This document shows positions 1 to 14,207 of a DNA stretch of 64,000 nucleotides, piece after piece. The DNA lies in assembly GCA_951406725.2 (NCBI GenBank), contig OX597817.1:19530001-19594000 (forward strand), written 5' to 3'. Under the pieces are notes generated by a model. It was not told the origin of the DNA and searched no databases. It saw only the letters and a program-made list of their open reading frames with translations. The position numbers and the translations under genes were made by a program. This DNA is from Octopus vulgaris. Its lineage: Eukaryota. Within the stretch, counting starts at the first letter, position 1. The number at the start of each line of letters is the position of its first letter.

Positions 1-2744
1 CAGATGTAATAACGTGACCTGAACTATTCCAGTGAAATAAATTGTACTGTACTTTTCCAGATTTATAATCTTAAGAATATTATTTCTCTTGCTCGTATTT
101 TTCCATGTAATCCATATTTTTTCAGGCTATGCTATTTTGCTAATTACTAATGTATCGAATGTGTCAATTAGCGGTGCCGTTGATACTTTTTTCGTTACCT
201 CAATGATGCCGGTGACATACATTAAAAGTCTTGCTATGGAACTATATTTAGAAAATGTTTAGAATTATATTGCCCTCAAATTTGAGAATCAAAAACTAAT
301 AAATTTTCACTTTTAAAACTTCTTTGCATGGTGTTGATATCATAAAATTATGCAAATTGAGTTCTATCATTTAAGCTTAATTAAGATATAATTTGTTTTT
401 AATATAAAAAAGTATATTATACTTAAATCCAATTTTTTGCCTTCTATGTTTTAATGATATTTTACTTTACAGCATTTATGATACAGTTTGTTGCATGGGA
501 CCAAAACTATGAAATTATTTATGCTTTCTTCTATCATTAAAGCTAAGACAAATATATTTTGCTTTTAAAATAAAAAAAGTTATTTAGATCTAAACTTGAT
601 TGGTGGCGTTACTTAATCTCCTATAACGTTGCTATAAATTTGGCTGTAAGCTTTTTCCTATTGGACCAAATATAAATTTTGTATGCCAAAATGTAGCTAG
701 GGACCAGTCCTCTTCAAAAATGTTAATGTTTTAATTTGGTTAAGAACTGAATTAGCGACAAGCTCTGAAAGGTGCTGCGCGTGGATAAATTGCGGCCTTA
801 AGAATATTATTCAGCTACTATCTTAGTAGAATGAGAAAAAAGGGAGTGACCATCTGAAAGGTTCGTGCATTGGCACTCATGAAACTAGTTACAGGTTTGT
901 GTGTTCATATAGCTGTTGATAAATACACAAATATATTTCCCTATAGAATGTTCTCTCTATCAATATATAGATATATAAAGACAGATAGATAAATAGAAAA
1001 CGACGAGAGTTTAAACAATACACACACCTAAACAGGCGCCATTGCAAAGTGCCTAAAATCTCTCCCCAGCCGTCAAAACACAGCATTTGTTATTACAATG
1101 GTTTGTAATTCAAGAACCCAGTTTTAAGCCATAACCATCTCGTCTCAGTCTTAACCACAAGATTTTTCGTATGTTTTTATAAGATTTTCATAGAGAAAAT
1201 GATAAGAAGTGGGAATGTTTATAAACCATATGTGGTGGCTATTAAAGTACCAAATATCTAGAAGTGGAAACATACAGATGCAACTTGATGACAGCAGTAA
1301 ATGTATGTGTCATCAAGCATATTCTTTTCGAAAGTATGGAATGAATATAGAATCACTTAAATAAGGAAATGCGCTTAAAGGGAAATTATGACAGCAGTAG
1401 TTGTTATGATAATGGTTTTGTTGTTGCTGTTGGCGGTGTTGGTTGTGATGGTAGTGATGATGATGATGATGAGGAGGATAATGATGATGGTGATGATTAT
1501 CGTATATTTGAAGACTCACTTTTATAATATTTGTTACTTCCATTAAAAGTCACCATTGTAACCACGCTGATGAGCATAGTTACCATTTATTCCCCTCATA
1601 ATCACCATCATGTTTAATGGTGAACGTCATTCTCGTCATCGTATCTCTCTTCAGAGACGGCATCTGCTTTATTATATTCTTTTTTCCGCCTCATCATGAA
1701 CATAAGCATTCGCATGGTTACCATATTATTTTAGCAAAATATTTCGCGATTTTTTCCAAATATCGCTATACATCTATAATGATCATGATTACTTTTTATT
1801 ACGGCCATTGAAATGTCTCTAGTTAGAAACCCCTTACAGGGCTATAAACATGATGTATTTATTTTCAAAACATTAAGTAAAACTGAGCTAGGAAGCAAAA
1901 CAAATTTGCACAATGTCATACATTATTCAGTTTGCATCCAACAAATACGTAACATATCGATCTTCCGACGCAAATGCAGCCATCATTTCATATAGAGAAA
2001 TTAATAAATGTGGAAAAAGAACGGGTTGAGGATGGAGGACTTTGAGATAGAAAGAAAGGAAATAAAAATGTCATTAAAAATTTAAAGTCATCATCGTTTC
2101 TTTACATAGTTTTGCTAGCTATGTTTTCCTTTTGTGTCTGTGGAAGTGATATTACTTTGTGATTTTTGGTAATGATAGAAGATTACATTTTGTATCATAT
2201 TTTTTTTATTTCGCTTTGTTCCTATGTGTATGCCTGTGACTATGAATGCAGTTTCAAGTTTTTTTTTATATGCATGGATGTGTTTGCCTGTATTTCCGTG
2301 TCCGGCAGTTTTAAATAGCGGATATGTTTCTTGGCAGAAACTAATATTAGATCATGTTTACACTCTGGATTTATAAATATTACGTGTCATACGGGGGAAT
2401 TCATTTGAAATGCCATACAGGCATTAAAAGATACCCAGCAGACACGCGCTTACATACAGAAGCAAACACAACGCACACTAGAGCGAGCGCACTTTCACAC
2501 TCGAACAGAAGCACACACACACGCGCACACAGAGGAACACAAACATGCATATTCATAAATGTAATAATTTACAAGAACAGAAAAAAATTTAATATCTGTC
2601 GACTGCAAAATACGTACAGGACATTATTTGCGCTGCAAATGATTGGAGTATCACGTGTTCTCATAATTTATGCGCGTATGACGGCTTGAAACTGACAATA
2701 ATGCTTGACGTTGCATTTACATTCATGGAAACATATAAGCAAAC

Positions 2745-2813
<69 letters not shown>

Positions 2814-4479
2814 CGTATGCATGTATATGTATATATGTATATATACATGCATATATAGGTACAGGACATAAAAAAGGTGGGCACAATGAGAGACGAAAAC
2901 ATAACAACAAAAACATAGAAATTAAACTATTTTTTCAAACAACGAAAAAAACTGAGAACCGAGACATGCAACATAAAGAATATTCCCTTCATCAGTTGTT
3001 CCTGTTTCATCTACCCCGCGTTCCGGATGTAAGGACAATACGCGACTTCTTTGTATCTTGCATGCTTGCTCTATTAGTAGCCACTATAATAGTGGCTATA
3101 TTGACTGCGGTGGACTAGGAGAATCTAATTACATGTCTTTTGAAAATGTTATTGTATGCATGTTACGCGAAAGGAACCTATGGGTAACATGGGATTATAT
3201 CCTGAGGATCTTATTTTTCATGTTACGAAAGAAGAGTGTACGATAAAACATTGTGCGCTCTTCCTTCTTCTTCCTTTCGCCATTGAGGGATTGCGAGGGT
3301 TCCTCGTTTTATTATCTAGATTGTTTATGTTTGGTGTATAGGTCCGATATAAGCATGCCTCTCTCATGCTCCCCGCATTCATGGCCTTGGATTTAACGTA
3401 AGGATCGTGGCTTTAGTTGATTTTCCCTTGAGGATATGGTATTCACAAAGTGCAGAGCCACCGAAACTTCTCACATATGTTCCTCAGTGTGCCTTGGCTG
3501 GTATTTGACTGACGAAGGCATCAAATTGTCCATCGCTTTCTCGCAACATTTCACAGTAATATTCAATAGTGATTGCTGATATTATCAGTAAATAGTACTT
3601 TCTACTGTGCTTCTGAGCTCAACACCAGCACATGCCACACTGATTCAATTGACTTTGTATAAATATTCTTCATGCTTATTTACTATATGAAACGCAGGGA
3701 TATGAGAATAAGTTGTGAGTACCTAATGTTTTAATACAAATATTTCGTTGCTGTAGCCGAAGAAAACCAACTCGTTTATTTCTACTTTAAAAATAATTTT
3801 TGCAAGCTTCAAGGATAATTGAAAAGAAAAGAATTGTTCTCTCTCGTAAATTTTTACGCAAATAAGAAAATCAGCCCACCACACATTTGACAATATGTAT
3901 CAGCGCAAAGCAAACTGTGGAGTAATTATGCATGATTATCGCTTTCAGACGCATTTCCCATGACATTTAATCATCTTGGCATCTATATGAAGATACATTT
4001 ACTAACATAAGCTGAAATGACATTTCACCGCGACTCAAGAACCAAAATGCATAAATGTTCCCAAGAGAATGCGAGAAAGAGAGACGGAGAATCAATGAGG
4101 GAGTGTGTGTGTGCATGAGATAGATAGAGGGGGAAGTAAACTAAAACTAAAGTAAATATCATTTGGAAAATACAAAGCATAAGCAAAACTACTAATCAGA
4201 TAAAAACTAAACTTGTGTATGTGTCGATATATTAGCTTGGCTTCGCTTAACCCTATATCACAAGAACTGAAGTACATGACATGTCAATGAAAAACGTGCA
4301 CTTTCAAAGAGAAGAACAAATCGATTAAATAAACACCAGAACGTGACTGGTACATTATTTTATTAAAACTGAGATTATAGACAGCAAAGTCGAAATAGAA
4401 AGGATTTGCTCTCAGAAATAAATAGACAGAAAATTGATGGTAAGAATCCTCTCTACGATGCTAATGATTCTGATTGTTC

Positions 4480-4760
4480 ATCCTGTCAGATAATTACCAT
4501 AGCATGTCTTGGTGACAACAGAGCTGAAGAGAAAGATTAAAAAAGTGAACAACTATAATGAATTAAAGTGGGAAATACGAAGGTCGAGGGCATTAAAGAA
4601 AGTGCGCGTCATACAAATAGTGATTGGTGCATTTAGAGGTACCATTACCCAACTACCAGCATGGCTAAAAAAGGTTGGATCGAATGTAAAGATAGAACAA
4701 CTGCAAAAACTATATTTGCCTGGATCTGCAAGAGTCCTGTGAATGGCTCTTGAATCATGA
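4480..4760 (+). mobile_element. Decayed C-terminus of an RLE-type non-LTR retrotransposon (R4/Dong-like)
   Basis: ORF 4509..4742 reads KVNNYNELKWEIRR...KVRVIQIVIGAFRG...LQKLYLPGSARVL. This resembles the K..KY.DL..EI.R...VPIVIGALG...LQK..LLG.ARIL tail of R4-clade elements. Confidence 0.65.
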
Positions 4761-4777
4761 TCAGTAAACAACTTCTC

Positions 4778-4790
4778 ATGCTGTTAATGA

Positions 4791-4822
<32 letters not shown>

Positions 4823-4843
4823 ATGATGATGATGATAATGATG

Positions 4844-4874
<31 letters not shown>

Positions 4875-4917
4875 TGATGATGGTATGATGGTGATGATGA
4901 TGGTGATGATGGTGATG

Positions 4918-4969
<52 letters not shown>

Positions 4970-5414
4970 TGATCATGATCATGATGATGCTGATGATGAT
5001 GATGAGGAGGAGGAGTAGAAGAAGAAAGAAGAAGAAGAAGAAGAAGAAGAAGAAGAAGAAGAAGAAGAAGAAAAAGAAGAAGAAGAAGAAGAAGAAGAAG
5101 AAGAAGAAGAAAAGAAAAAGAAAAAGAAGAAGAAGAAGAAGAAGAAGAAGAAGAAAAAAAAAAAGAAGAAGAAGAAGAAGAACAAGAAGATGAAGAAGCA
5201 GAAGAAGAAGAAGAAGAAGAAGAAGAAGAAGAAGAAGAAGAAGAAGAAGAAGAAGAAGAAGAAGAAGAAGAAGAAAAAGAAAAAGAAGAAGAAGAAGAAG
5301 AAGAAGAAGAAGAAGAAGAAGAAGAAGAAGAAGAAGAAGAAGAAGAAAAAGAAAAAGAAAAAGAAGAAGAAGAAGAAGAAGAAGAAGCAGAAGAAGAAGA
5401 AGAAGAAGAAGAAG

Positions 5415-5446
<32 letters not shown>

Positions 5447-5491
5447 GAAAAAGAAGAAGAAGAAGAAGAAGAAGAAAAAGAAGAAGAAGAA
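4778..5491. repeat. Compound microsatellite (GAT/GGT)n-(AAT)n-(GAT)n-(GAA)n with a ~470-bp polypurine GAA tract
   Basis: Directly visible. It explains the poly-L/F/I/K ORFs. Confidence 0.98.
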
Positions 5492-5539
5492 AACTTTCAG
5501 AATACAATTGCAATTAGAAACTTCCTGACTCTACCAGTT

Positions 5540-6020
5540 GCCCAGTATAGCCTTATTGTCCTCAATTGGAATCTGAATGAAATCCAGCTTAAGGGCATTA
5601 AGTCCAGGAAACTACTGACGCCACACAAGATGCACCACTTAAAATCGGACGCCCACAGTCTCTATCTTCCACGAAAGGATGACGGTAAAGGGCTGATCCA
5701 ACTTAAATCGTACTATAAAACGACTACGATAGGACTCCAAAAGTACATCTAAAATAACAACGACTACATGATAGGGCTGGTAAGGCAACATAAAGAGATT
5801 AAGAAACTGTATTCAATCTCAAAGAATACATATAAATACAGACGAGAGCTTAACCTGCCTGATTATGATGATGATAAGGGGGACACAGCACCCACTAAGG
5901 CAGCAAAAAAGGTGTACAACAAAAGCCAAACAGAAAATCTTGAAGGTAATATCGAGACTGGCAAGAAAAAACGATGCATGGGCAATACGGAATTGCTGCG
6001 CAGTGAACATGTCGCTGTCT
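5540..6020 (+). mobile_element. Decayed post-RT region of an R4/Dong-like LINE
   Basis: ctctatcttccacgaaaggatgacggtaaagggctgatccaactt = LYLPRKDDGKGLIQL, matching the LYLPR.EGGRGL motif. Stops and frameshifts are present. Confidence 0.6.
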
Positions 6021-6160
6021 CAAAGTGACGAAAATATTTTGACAAATTATATTTGAATGTTGAAGTGAATCTAACGGATTTTGTGTGTTTCTTAAATGGC
6101 TTATAAACACCTTCCACGATGCAATTATATATACATACAAACATAAATACACACACACAG

Positions 6161-6226
<66 letters not shown>

Positions 6227-6519
6227 TCACACATACACAATATATATGCCTCGCTTGTTCGCCGTCCGGTCGACAGAAAAATGACGCAGTAGAGATAATT
6301 CTCTAAAAGCGCCGGGTGTTAAGACTCGTGAAGATCACATTCACACAAAGGTGAGACAACTAGCCGCAAGTCCCATTCACGAGCGACAGATGTTTTGCCA
6401 TTTTGTCGCTTACCAACAACACGTACCTGAATCGAACCGGAGGTAAAGTGAATAGCCTGTCCATGACTATATGTGAAAATGATGTAAAAACACCTCCTTT
6501 GGTAAACTCAAACAGCGTA

Positions 6520-7270
6520 TACAGGGTGTAATTGGTAAATTGTCTATATTGTATGTTTTTAATTTTGATTTTGTTGACAACATAGTATAGTAGGGTCAGT
6601 TGGGTACAGTCTGTGAGAAAAAAAAACAGCACCAAGACACAATTCACTCAGCTAGATATTCAGAAATGACATGTTTTACTGCTTGGCATTCGCGCCAGAA
6701 GCTTCAATACGAACATCTCAGAGTGTTTGGTTGTCAATATGAGGACAGTGCAGAGGATTCGGAAAGAGTTGGATGAGTTTAATGGTGATTATGAAGGTAC
6801 GGCAGATTGGGAAACACATTCTTATCGTTCTGATAATAAAAGAATTCCTGAATTATTTGGTGAGATCAATTTTTTGGTGAGATTCTCAACGATCAGGTCA
6901 GTCAGATCCTTCGCCAGGGACATGAATGTGTTTGAGTTTCTTTTGAGGCAGATTGTGTATCAAGACATTCGCTATTCTTCATACAAGATTAAAAAGTGCT
7001 AATTTTTATCACAAGCCATTATGGACAAAAGGAATGACGGCGTTACGAAGCATTTGAACAAGCTGAAGTATTCCCTCCAACCGAACATGCATTGGTTTTT
7101 CTCAGACTAGGATAATTTCTGCCAGGATCAGATGGTGAACACACAGAACAACCGTTGGCTTTCTGTGTCCCCCAAAACATGTAATGAAGGTGATAAAAAT
7201 CAAGTGCCTGGAGGAGAAAGTACTGCCCCGGGTCAAAAGAGTGGCTACAGGCAATATGACTCTGCATATC
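6520..7270 (+). mobile_element. Decayed Tc1/mariner-superfamily transposon
   Basis: Starts TACAGGGTGTAATT (TA + CAGGGTG-type TIR). Has an HTH-like ORF 6727..7002 and a WFFSD motif near 7092. Shares segments with the element at 27651-28820. Confidence 0.6.
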
Positions 7271-7870
7271 TATAAAGAAAATAGAGAATTAATACAGAGG
7301 ATAATTAATTTATTTATTGCCATAGTCAACGCATATTGCCTACGCAGCGTTTGGGCTGATTGCCCCTTCCATATATAGAAAAGGATGGAAAAACCTATAG
7401 CGACCACTGAAATTTCAGAAGTGTAAGGTACAAATTTCCAACAAGAACCAACAATAAGCACTAGTACCTATACATATGCAGAATTTCCAGTATCGTTAAT
7501 CGGTATATATCTGGTCTTGTGTACGTTTGGAAAGAATTCATCCCTAGGAAAGAAGAACCTCTTTCCATAAAGACCTATTACACACATACGCACATTTATA
7601 TATGCTTTTATGTTTTATATTCGCAATATAACGAAAACCGTCATAACATATAACTTTTTTTATGACATTAGAATCTATATCTGACATTAACACGTATTCC
7701 CAATTAATGTAAAAAGTAAATGAAATTTAGGGTTCATCAACATCTAATAGATAGGCTGTGACATCATTTAAACAATATATATATATATATTCATATATTC
7801 TTTGCTATCTACTTTCAAGTTGGTAGAAACCTTAATAATATTTATGTATACAATATTCTGTAAATAGCGA

Positions 7871-7906
<36 letters not shown>

Positions 7907-8026
7907 GAGAGATATGCATATATATATACATATGTATATAGGCATATATATACAAATATACATATGTATATAGTCATATATACATATACACACATGTGTA
8001 TATATATATATATATATACATATATT

Positions 8027-8061
<35 letters not shown>

Positions 8062-8584
8062 CGATGCTGCTAGAATAAGTACATGTATCAATGAAAATGA
8101 ATAAGTAGTGCGTAGTGTTGGATACACAATTTACAATTTATATGCAATATTTAAGCCAAAATACTTTTTACTCTCGGAAATATGTTTCACTATCAATGCG
8201 AACATTATCAAGCAATTTAATGGTAATACTTAAGCAAAGCCTTAAAAGAGACAAAAATATTAAAAATATATATGCGACAATATAGAAATTATGCTTTATG
8301 TTATGTACTGAAAGTTATACTAAGCGCTGGATTATATTATTTGGAATATATGATCATAAAATAGTTAATTAAAACTATATCGAAGGTTATGAAGCTGGTA
8401 CATGTGGATTATCTCATCCTAAACTACCAAAGTTTTTAAGACATTCCATTTGACTTTGGGAAAAAGAAAGAAACCTTGCGTGACTCTGTGGTTGGAAGTT
8501 CGTTTCCAACGGCACGGATCTGGATTTGGCAGATGAAAACGAAAGATACCCGCTATTTATATATATGTGTGTATACATATACAT

Positions 8585-8656
<72 letters not shown>

Positions 8657-8780
8657 TTGTGATGTGTGTGTGTGTGTGTATGAGTGTGTGTGTGTGTATT
8701 TATATATATATATATATAAATATTATTATTTCTAAGTCACTCTAAAGCAGACTACGGCAGCGGTACTGGATATTAACAGC

Positions 8781-9052
8781 TATCGCCAAGCTAATATGGC
8801 AGTCCATAAATATAGGACGAAAGCTGCCGTTAATTAGCTCCAAGTCGCCATCACCTCTAGAGCTATATGACACACGAACCTGTGTCCATTGTAACCTTCG
8901 AACAGGGGGAAGCGGCTGACTTCCCATGTTCGAAGGTTATAAGGGACACAGGTTCGTGTGTCATATAGCTAGCTAGAGGCGATGGCCTCTTGCAGCTAAT
9001 TAACGGCAGCTTTCGTCCTATATTTATAGACCACCATATTAGCTTGGCGATA
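8781..9052. mobile_element. Palindromic MITE-like fold-back element (~130-bp arms, ~9-nt loop)
   Basis: tatcgccaagctaatatgg...gaacagggggaag and cttcccatgttc...ccatattagcttggcgata are reverse complements. TA at both ends. Confidence 0.75.
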
Positions 9053-9179
9053 AATATATATATATATATATATTGTTGGTGGTGTGATCGAAGGTGACTT
9101 TTATTTGCTTTTTAAGGCTATAGCCAGCCATTCAATTGAGACTCACATCACTGTCACCAATCATGAACAATGTTATCGT

Positions 9180-9426
9180 GCAATGCCTGTGCAAGAAGAT
9201 TTTTTTTAAGTGAGGAAAGGCTGTGCACTGAGTCAAACCCACTCACTAAGCAACAGCAGCCCTAATTCGTAAAGAAGAACAAGCCAACATCATCGGTAAC
9301 CACTGAGCCGCAGGTTTTATGTCTGAGTCATCCCTGTTACCTGAGTTACCTTCTCCTAGAAGGATGCCCTAACAAAGGCTAGGAGTCCTTCACTCCCAAT
9401 GGTTTAACCGCGCGATCGGGTATTCA
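9180..9426. repeat. Interspersed repeat, with a second copy in opposite orientation at ~63671-63920
   Basis: aagtgaggaaaggctgtgcactgagtcaa...ggtttaaccgcgcgatcgggtattca matches the reverse complement of 63671-63920. Confidence 0.8.
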
Positions 9427-9911
9427 CTTCGATTATGTATTTATATATATATATATATAGTAGAAATATGTTTTGAAAAAATATAAAATACACGTGGAAA
9501 TGTAAGGTTAAAATATAAAAAAATCAACGAAAATGCATATTGTACATATAAAAAAGGCTATTTATGCCAGGTAGTGACAAATATATACATTTAGAGTATT
9601 ACTAGGCAAAAGGTCATTATTATTGATGATTATAAGAAGTTAATAATAATAATAATAATAAGGTAGGAGATTGAAACGTACCGTCCCGAGGATTAGGTCC
9701 GGTTCCTGAGCCATTCGCGGTTTCACCATTCGTTTACGGCATGAACTTACACTTGCATGGGCTAAGCTTTGAGACAAGCATATGACTACTGGCAATATAT
9801 ATATATATAAAAGAAAAAAAATTGATAACATTCTTCAGACATATTGACTCAAATATATATTTTTTAACCTTTTAAAACAAGCCTTCTGTAGTTTTTTCAC
9901 TTTTTACTATT

Positions 9912-9957
<46 letters not shown>

Positions 9958-10035
9958 CTGTATATGTATGTATATATATATTCATACATACATGCATATA
10001 TATATATATATATATATATAAATATATATATATAC

Positions 10036-10070
<35 letters not shown>

Positions 10071-10099
10071 CATGGGCATACGTATATATATGTTCGTGT

Positions 10100-10330
10100 G
10101 TGTGTGTATCTTTATTGATTTTGTGTTTGTGTTTGCTTCACACATCCGTTTGTGATCCCGTGTTGGTGTGATTACATCCCAATGATTTAACGGTTCATCA
10201 TAAGAGGACGATAGAATAATTACCAGTCTTTAAAAAAATATATACTGGGGTTGAGTTTTTCAACCAAAACATTTTCTCGAGGTGGTGCTGCTGCATGACC
10301 ACATTCTAATGACCGAAATAATTAGTAGAT
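10100..10330 (+). mobile_element. Diverged 3' half of tRNA-SINE family 1
   Basis: gatagaataattaccag...ggtggtgctgctgcatgaccaca...aatgaccgaaata resembles 26700-26820. Confidence 0.65.
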
Positions 10331-11462
10331 AAAATATCAAAAAATGGAGACACAAAAAAATTAGCGGCTGAAGTGTGTTGTATCTATGCTTTTGAAAACC
10401 ATCTGATTATTTGCTAAATGCTTCGAATATGTAATGATGTCAAATTACACATATGAAGCAAAATTCATAGAATTTCAGTGCTTTAATGCAATATTATATT
10501 CAAGCGAGCACTAACATACTTGATAACCGCGTCACTAATTAATCAAAATTCAGCTGAGAGTAATCAGAATAGAAACATTGTTGAAATTAGTCATTTTAAT
10601 GCAAAACTTAGCAGAGGGATTTAAAATTTATCAACGTTAATTGGAGAATTCATTATGGAATGAGAATGAGTGTCAGCAGTGTACTAGGAAGTACGGATAA
10701 ATTTCGTGTTGATTAGGTAGCGTTGAGAAGTTATACATATTGATAGATTAGCGATATCACGCCGTTGACATTGTTTTCAAGTCTGAATCGCCTAAAATGC
10801 AGGTGAAATTATCAGTCGGAATATGCAAATCACATTTATGCTAATCGAATTTTGGCAGCGTCTGTTTCATGTTGATTTCGTGTTTTTGTTTCATCAGATT
10901 CCTAGAATATAATTTCGTTACATCATAATGAGAGTACAAGATACGAAGAAAGAGGATTTTGTTTAATGTTGTCAAGTAGTAGAAGCGGATGCCCCATACG
11001 TTTTAGTCCTTGTTATTTCTTAAAAGCAAAGCCTAGCATTTGTACTTCTGTGTGCTTGTATGTATGTACGTTCATGAATGTGTATGTGAGACAGAAAGAG
11101 GGAAAGAGGGAGAAAGAGAGAGGGAGAGAAAGAGAGAGAGAGAAGAGGCATGACATGACCTCTTAGGTACATAAACAAAATTCAACAAGCGTGAAAGCGC
11201 AAGTTTATCACAAGATGGTGTATATAATAGTATTAGGGTATATAACGACCACAAATATATTTCTCTTTGAATGTTGAATCCAAACATATATATATATATA
11301 TAATTATATACACACATACACACAGAGACATCTCTCTCTATATAAACGGCAGTTTGTCTGTGCGTGTTTCTGTGTGTCTGTTTGCTTGTACCCTACTGCT
11401 AGTATGTATATATATAACACACACGAATAATACACACACATATACATAAACAAATACGTACC

Positions 11463-11546
<84 letters not shown>

Positions 11547-11889
11547 TATGTGCGTGTGTCTTTGCATATGTCTGTCAGTGTGTGTGGTGTGTCGACGTAA
11601 CCGCTTAGCCACCATATCAAAGAGAGATAAATCTTTCAAAATATTTCTTGAGTTAACTCTTCTATCTTACGATACACAGGTAATATTGTGTGTTTCAATA
11701 CCATACATTTTAACTCAAAGCAAACGGATAGTAGGTTTTCAGTAGATCAGAAAATGAAATAGCAATAGATCAGAAAATGAAACAGCAGCGATAAACACCT
11801 ACATAAACACTAGTAAAAAAAAGTGTTTCTGCTTTAGGCACATTTCCATCAGGAAAATGGGTTAGACTACTTGACTGCATTTTATTGTC

Positions 11890-12500
11890 AAGAGAATGAC
11901 AAAAGGTAATTTGGTCACGGTAGGATTTGAACTCAGAATGCAAAGAGCTTTAAGACATACAACAAACCTTTTTGTGCAATAAGTAGCGATTTTGCCGGTT
12001 CGCCGCCTTTGCTTTCGAACTTTGGCACAGGCCAGCAACTTCAAAGTAGGGAGTAAGCCCTTTACATCGACGCCAATGATCAACTGATACTTATTTTACA
12101 GAATCCGAAAAGATGAAAGGCAAAATCGACATCAGCGTTATTTGAACTCAGAACGTAAAGACCGACGAAAAGCTGTTAAGTATTTTGCCCGACGTGTTAT
12201 CGATTCCGCGAAATCATCGCCTTTGAAGCCATTTACTAATATTATTGATAGTAATAATTCAATATAGTAATAGTTCAATAATTGTCTCTGATTTAGGGTG
12301 AAGTACAAAAAGTTTGAGCGGAGGGAGATAATCGATTCCGGCGAGCCCATTAGTTGAATTGCTTTTTTATTTTATTTTCTTGATCCGAGAAGACGAAGAC
12401 GGAATCTAAACTTCGTGCAATTTGATCTCAACTCGTAAAGAGTCACAGCAAAGGTAGTAAATATTATTTCCGATGCTCAAAGGATCTTACTAATTTATCA
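11890..12500 (-). mobile_element. Cluster of degenerate SINE family 3 copies
   Basis: Repeated atttgaactcagaa and gaaaagatgaaaggcaaa...cgac motifs homologous to 34413-34639. Similar relics at ~27275-27450 and ~45245-45420. Confidence 0.6.
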
Positions 12501-13809
12501 CCCTTTTCATATACATGTGTTTAATTTAGATATTTTGAGAAGATGGGTTTAGTTAAACCGCCCCTCAATTGGGGGTTAAACCGCCCCTCAACACACTTCA
12601 GCTGCTAATTTTTTTGTGTCTCCATTTTATGATCTTTTATCTTCTAATTATTTCGGTCAATAGAATGTGGTCATGCTGCAGCACCACATCGAGAAAATAT
12701 TTTGGTTGAAAAACTCAACCCCAGTATATATATTTTTTTAAGACTGGTAATTATTCTATCGTCCTCTTATGACGAACCGTTAAAAAGATGAAGATTGATG
12801 TGAACCTCAGTGGAATTTGAAGTCAGAATGTAAAAATCAGATCCAGTACCACAATGGATTCCTTACCGATCCTTAATCTTTTCTTTCTCCTCCAAAATAA
12901 TAACAATAGCATTTTTTTTTTCTAGATCATGGCGGGTTATATCGGCATCAAGAATAGATTACTACTTCAATTTATCGATCCTCGGATTGACGAAATGCAA
13001 TTTGCCTCGGTCTAATTTTAAATACCAGCATAAAAGAAGGTAGTTATAAACGGGCATTTTTTTTACCAGTCCATCACACTGGGAACAGGAATAGAAAGCA
13101 GAATTTAGAAATTCAGGTTCTGGTTGTTTGCTCGATTTAATCTTGTATCGAATCAATTTATGTGACATACTCATTAGAAAATGATTAACTTTTATTCTAT
13201 TTCAAAATACACTCCCACACACATACACACGCGCGCGAGCACACACCAAACACAGGTGAATATCGTGACAGGGTGATGATGAAGATATAATGAAATTATG
13301 AAAGTTGAAAAAAGAGACGACGATATTAATGATATTGAATCAAGTGTCCACGACTATAACGCCGATCGCAAATAAATATATCATTGTCATTTTCAGCTTT
13401 AACGACAGCGTTAATATGTCGATGGTGAATGTTGTCAACAATCATGACTGCTATGATGATGATTTGGGTGTTGGTGGTGGTGGCCATGGTCATGAATGCG
13501 ACTGTGATGCTTCTGCTTTTGTTAATGTTGGCAACAGGATGTACAATAAAGATCATCACAGTCAATAATCTTATTACTAATCAAATTAATTGTAACTATT
13601 ATGAAGATAAATATGAAGATTGACAAAGATGATTAGTATGAAATCTTGAATTGAGAATTTTAAGAACAACATGAAATGTGAAGACTGCGAGGGTGGTTAT
13701 AATTAATGTCGGAGATAAATATGACATCACAAATTATTGCAAAAATAAAGACACATTATTTACATTATTTACAATTGACGGGTATTTGTCCTCGTCTTGC
13801 TTGTTGTAA

Positions 13810-13853
13810 ACACAACGTTTCGGCTGATATACCCTGCAGCCTTCATCAGGTGT
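13810..13853 (-). ncRNA. Minimal type I hammerhead ribozyme (Penelope type), intact core
   Basis: Minus strand: ACAC-CUGAUGA-A-GGCUG-cagggUaUaU-CAGCC-GAAAC-GUU-GUGU. Stem I and II pair; stem III is the palindromic AACGUU. Confidence 0.8.
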
Positions 13854-13924
13854 CTTGGGGAAATTTCGAGCCTGAGTTCTCATTCCTAAGGTATTTTTCG
13901 ATGTTGTTATTGTTGTTGGTATTA

Positions 13925-14000
<76 letters not shown>

Positions 14001-14018
14001 CATTATCATCATCATCAT

Positions 14019-14098
<80 letters not shown>

Positions 14099-14163
14099 CA
14101 ACAACAACAACAACATCGAAAAATACCTTAGGAATGAGAACCCAGGTTCGGAATTTCCCCAAG

Positions 14164-14207
14164 ACACCTGATGAAGGCTGCAGGGTATATCAGCCGAAAC
14201 TTTGTGT
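14164..14207 (+). ncRNA. Minimal hammerhead ribozyme copy with a stem III mutation
   Basis: acac ctgatga a ggctg cagggtatat cagcc gaaac ttt gtgt. G>T at 14201 relative to the inverted copy. Confidence 0.65.

Noticed and set aside
2960-3030. CTGATGAAGG on minus within a possible PLE terminal repeat
   Set aside because: I could not assemble convincing stems and a GAAA core.
8795-8845. Hammerhead-like GTCC-loop-GGAC-GAAA-GCT...AGC-TC inside the hairpin
   Set aside because: There is no CUGANGA core upstream and no stem I; the opposite arm does not preserve it.
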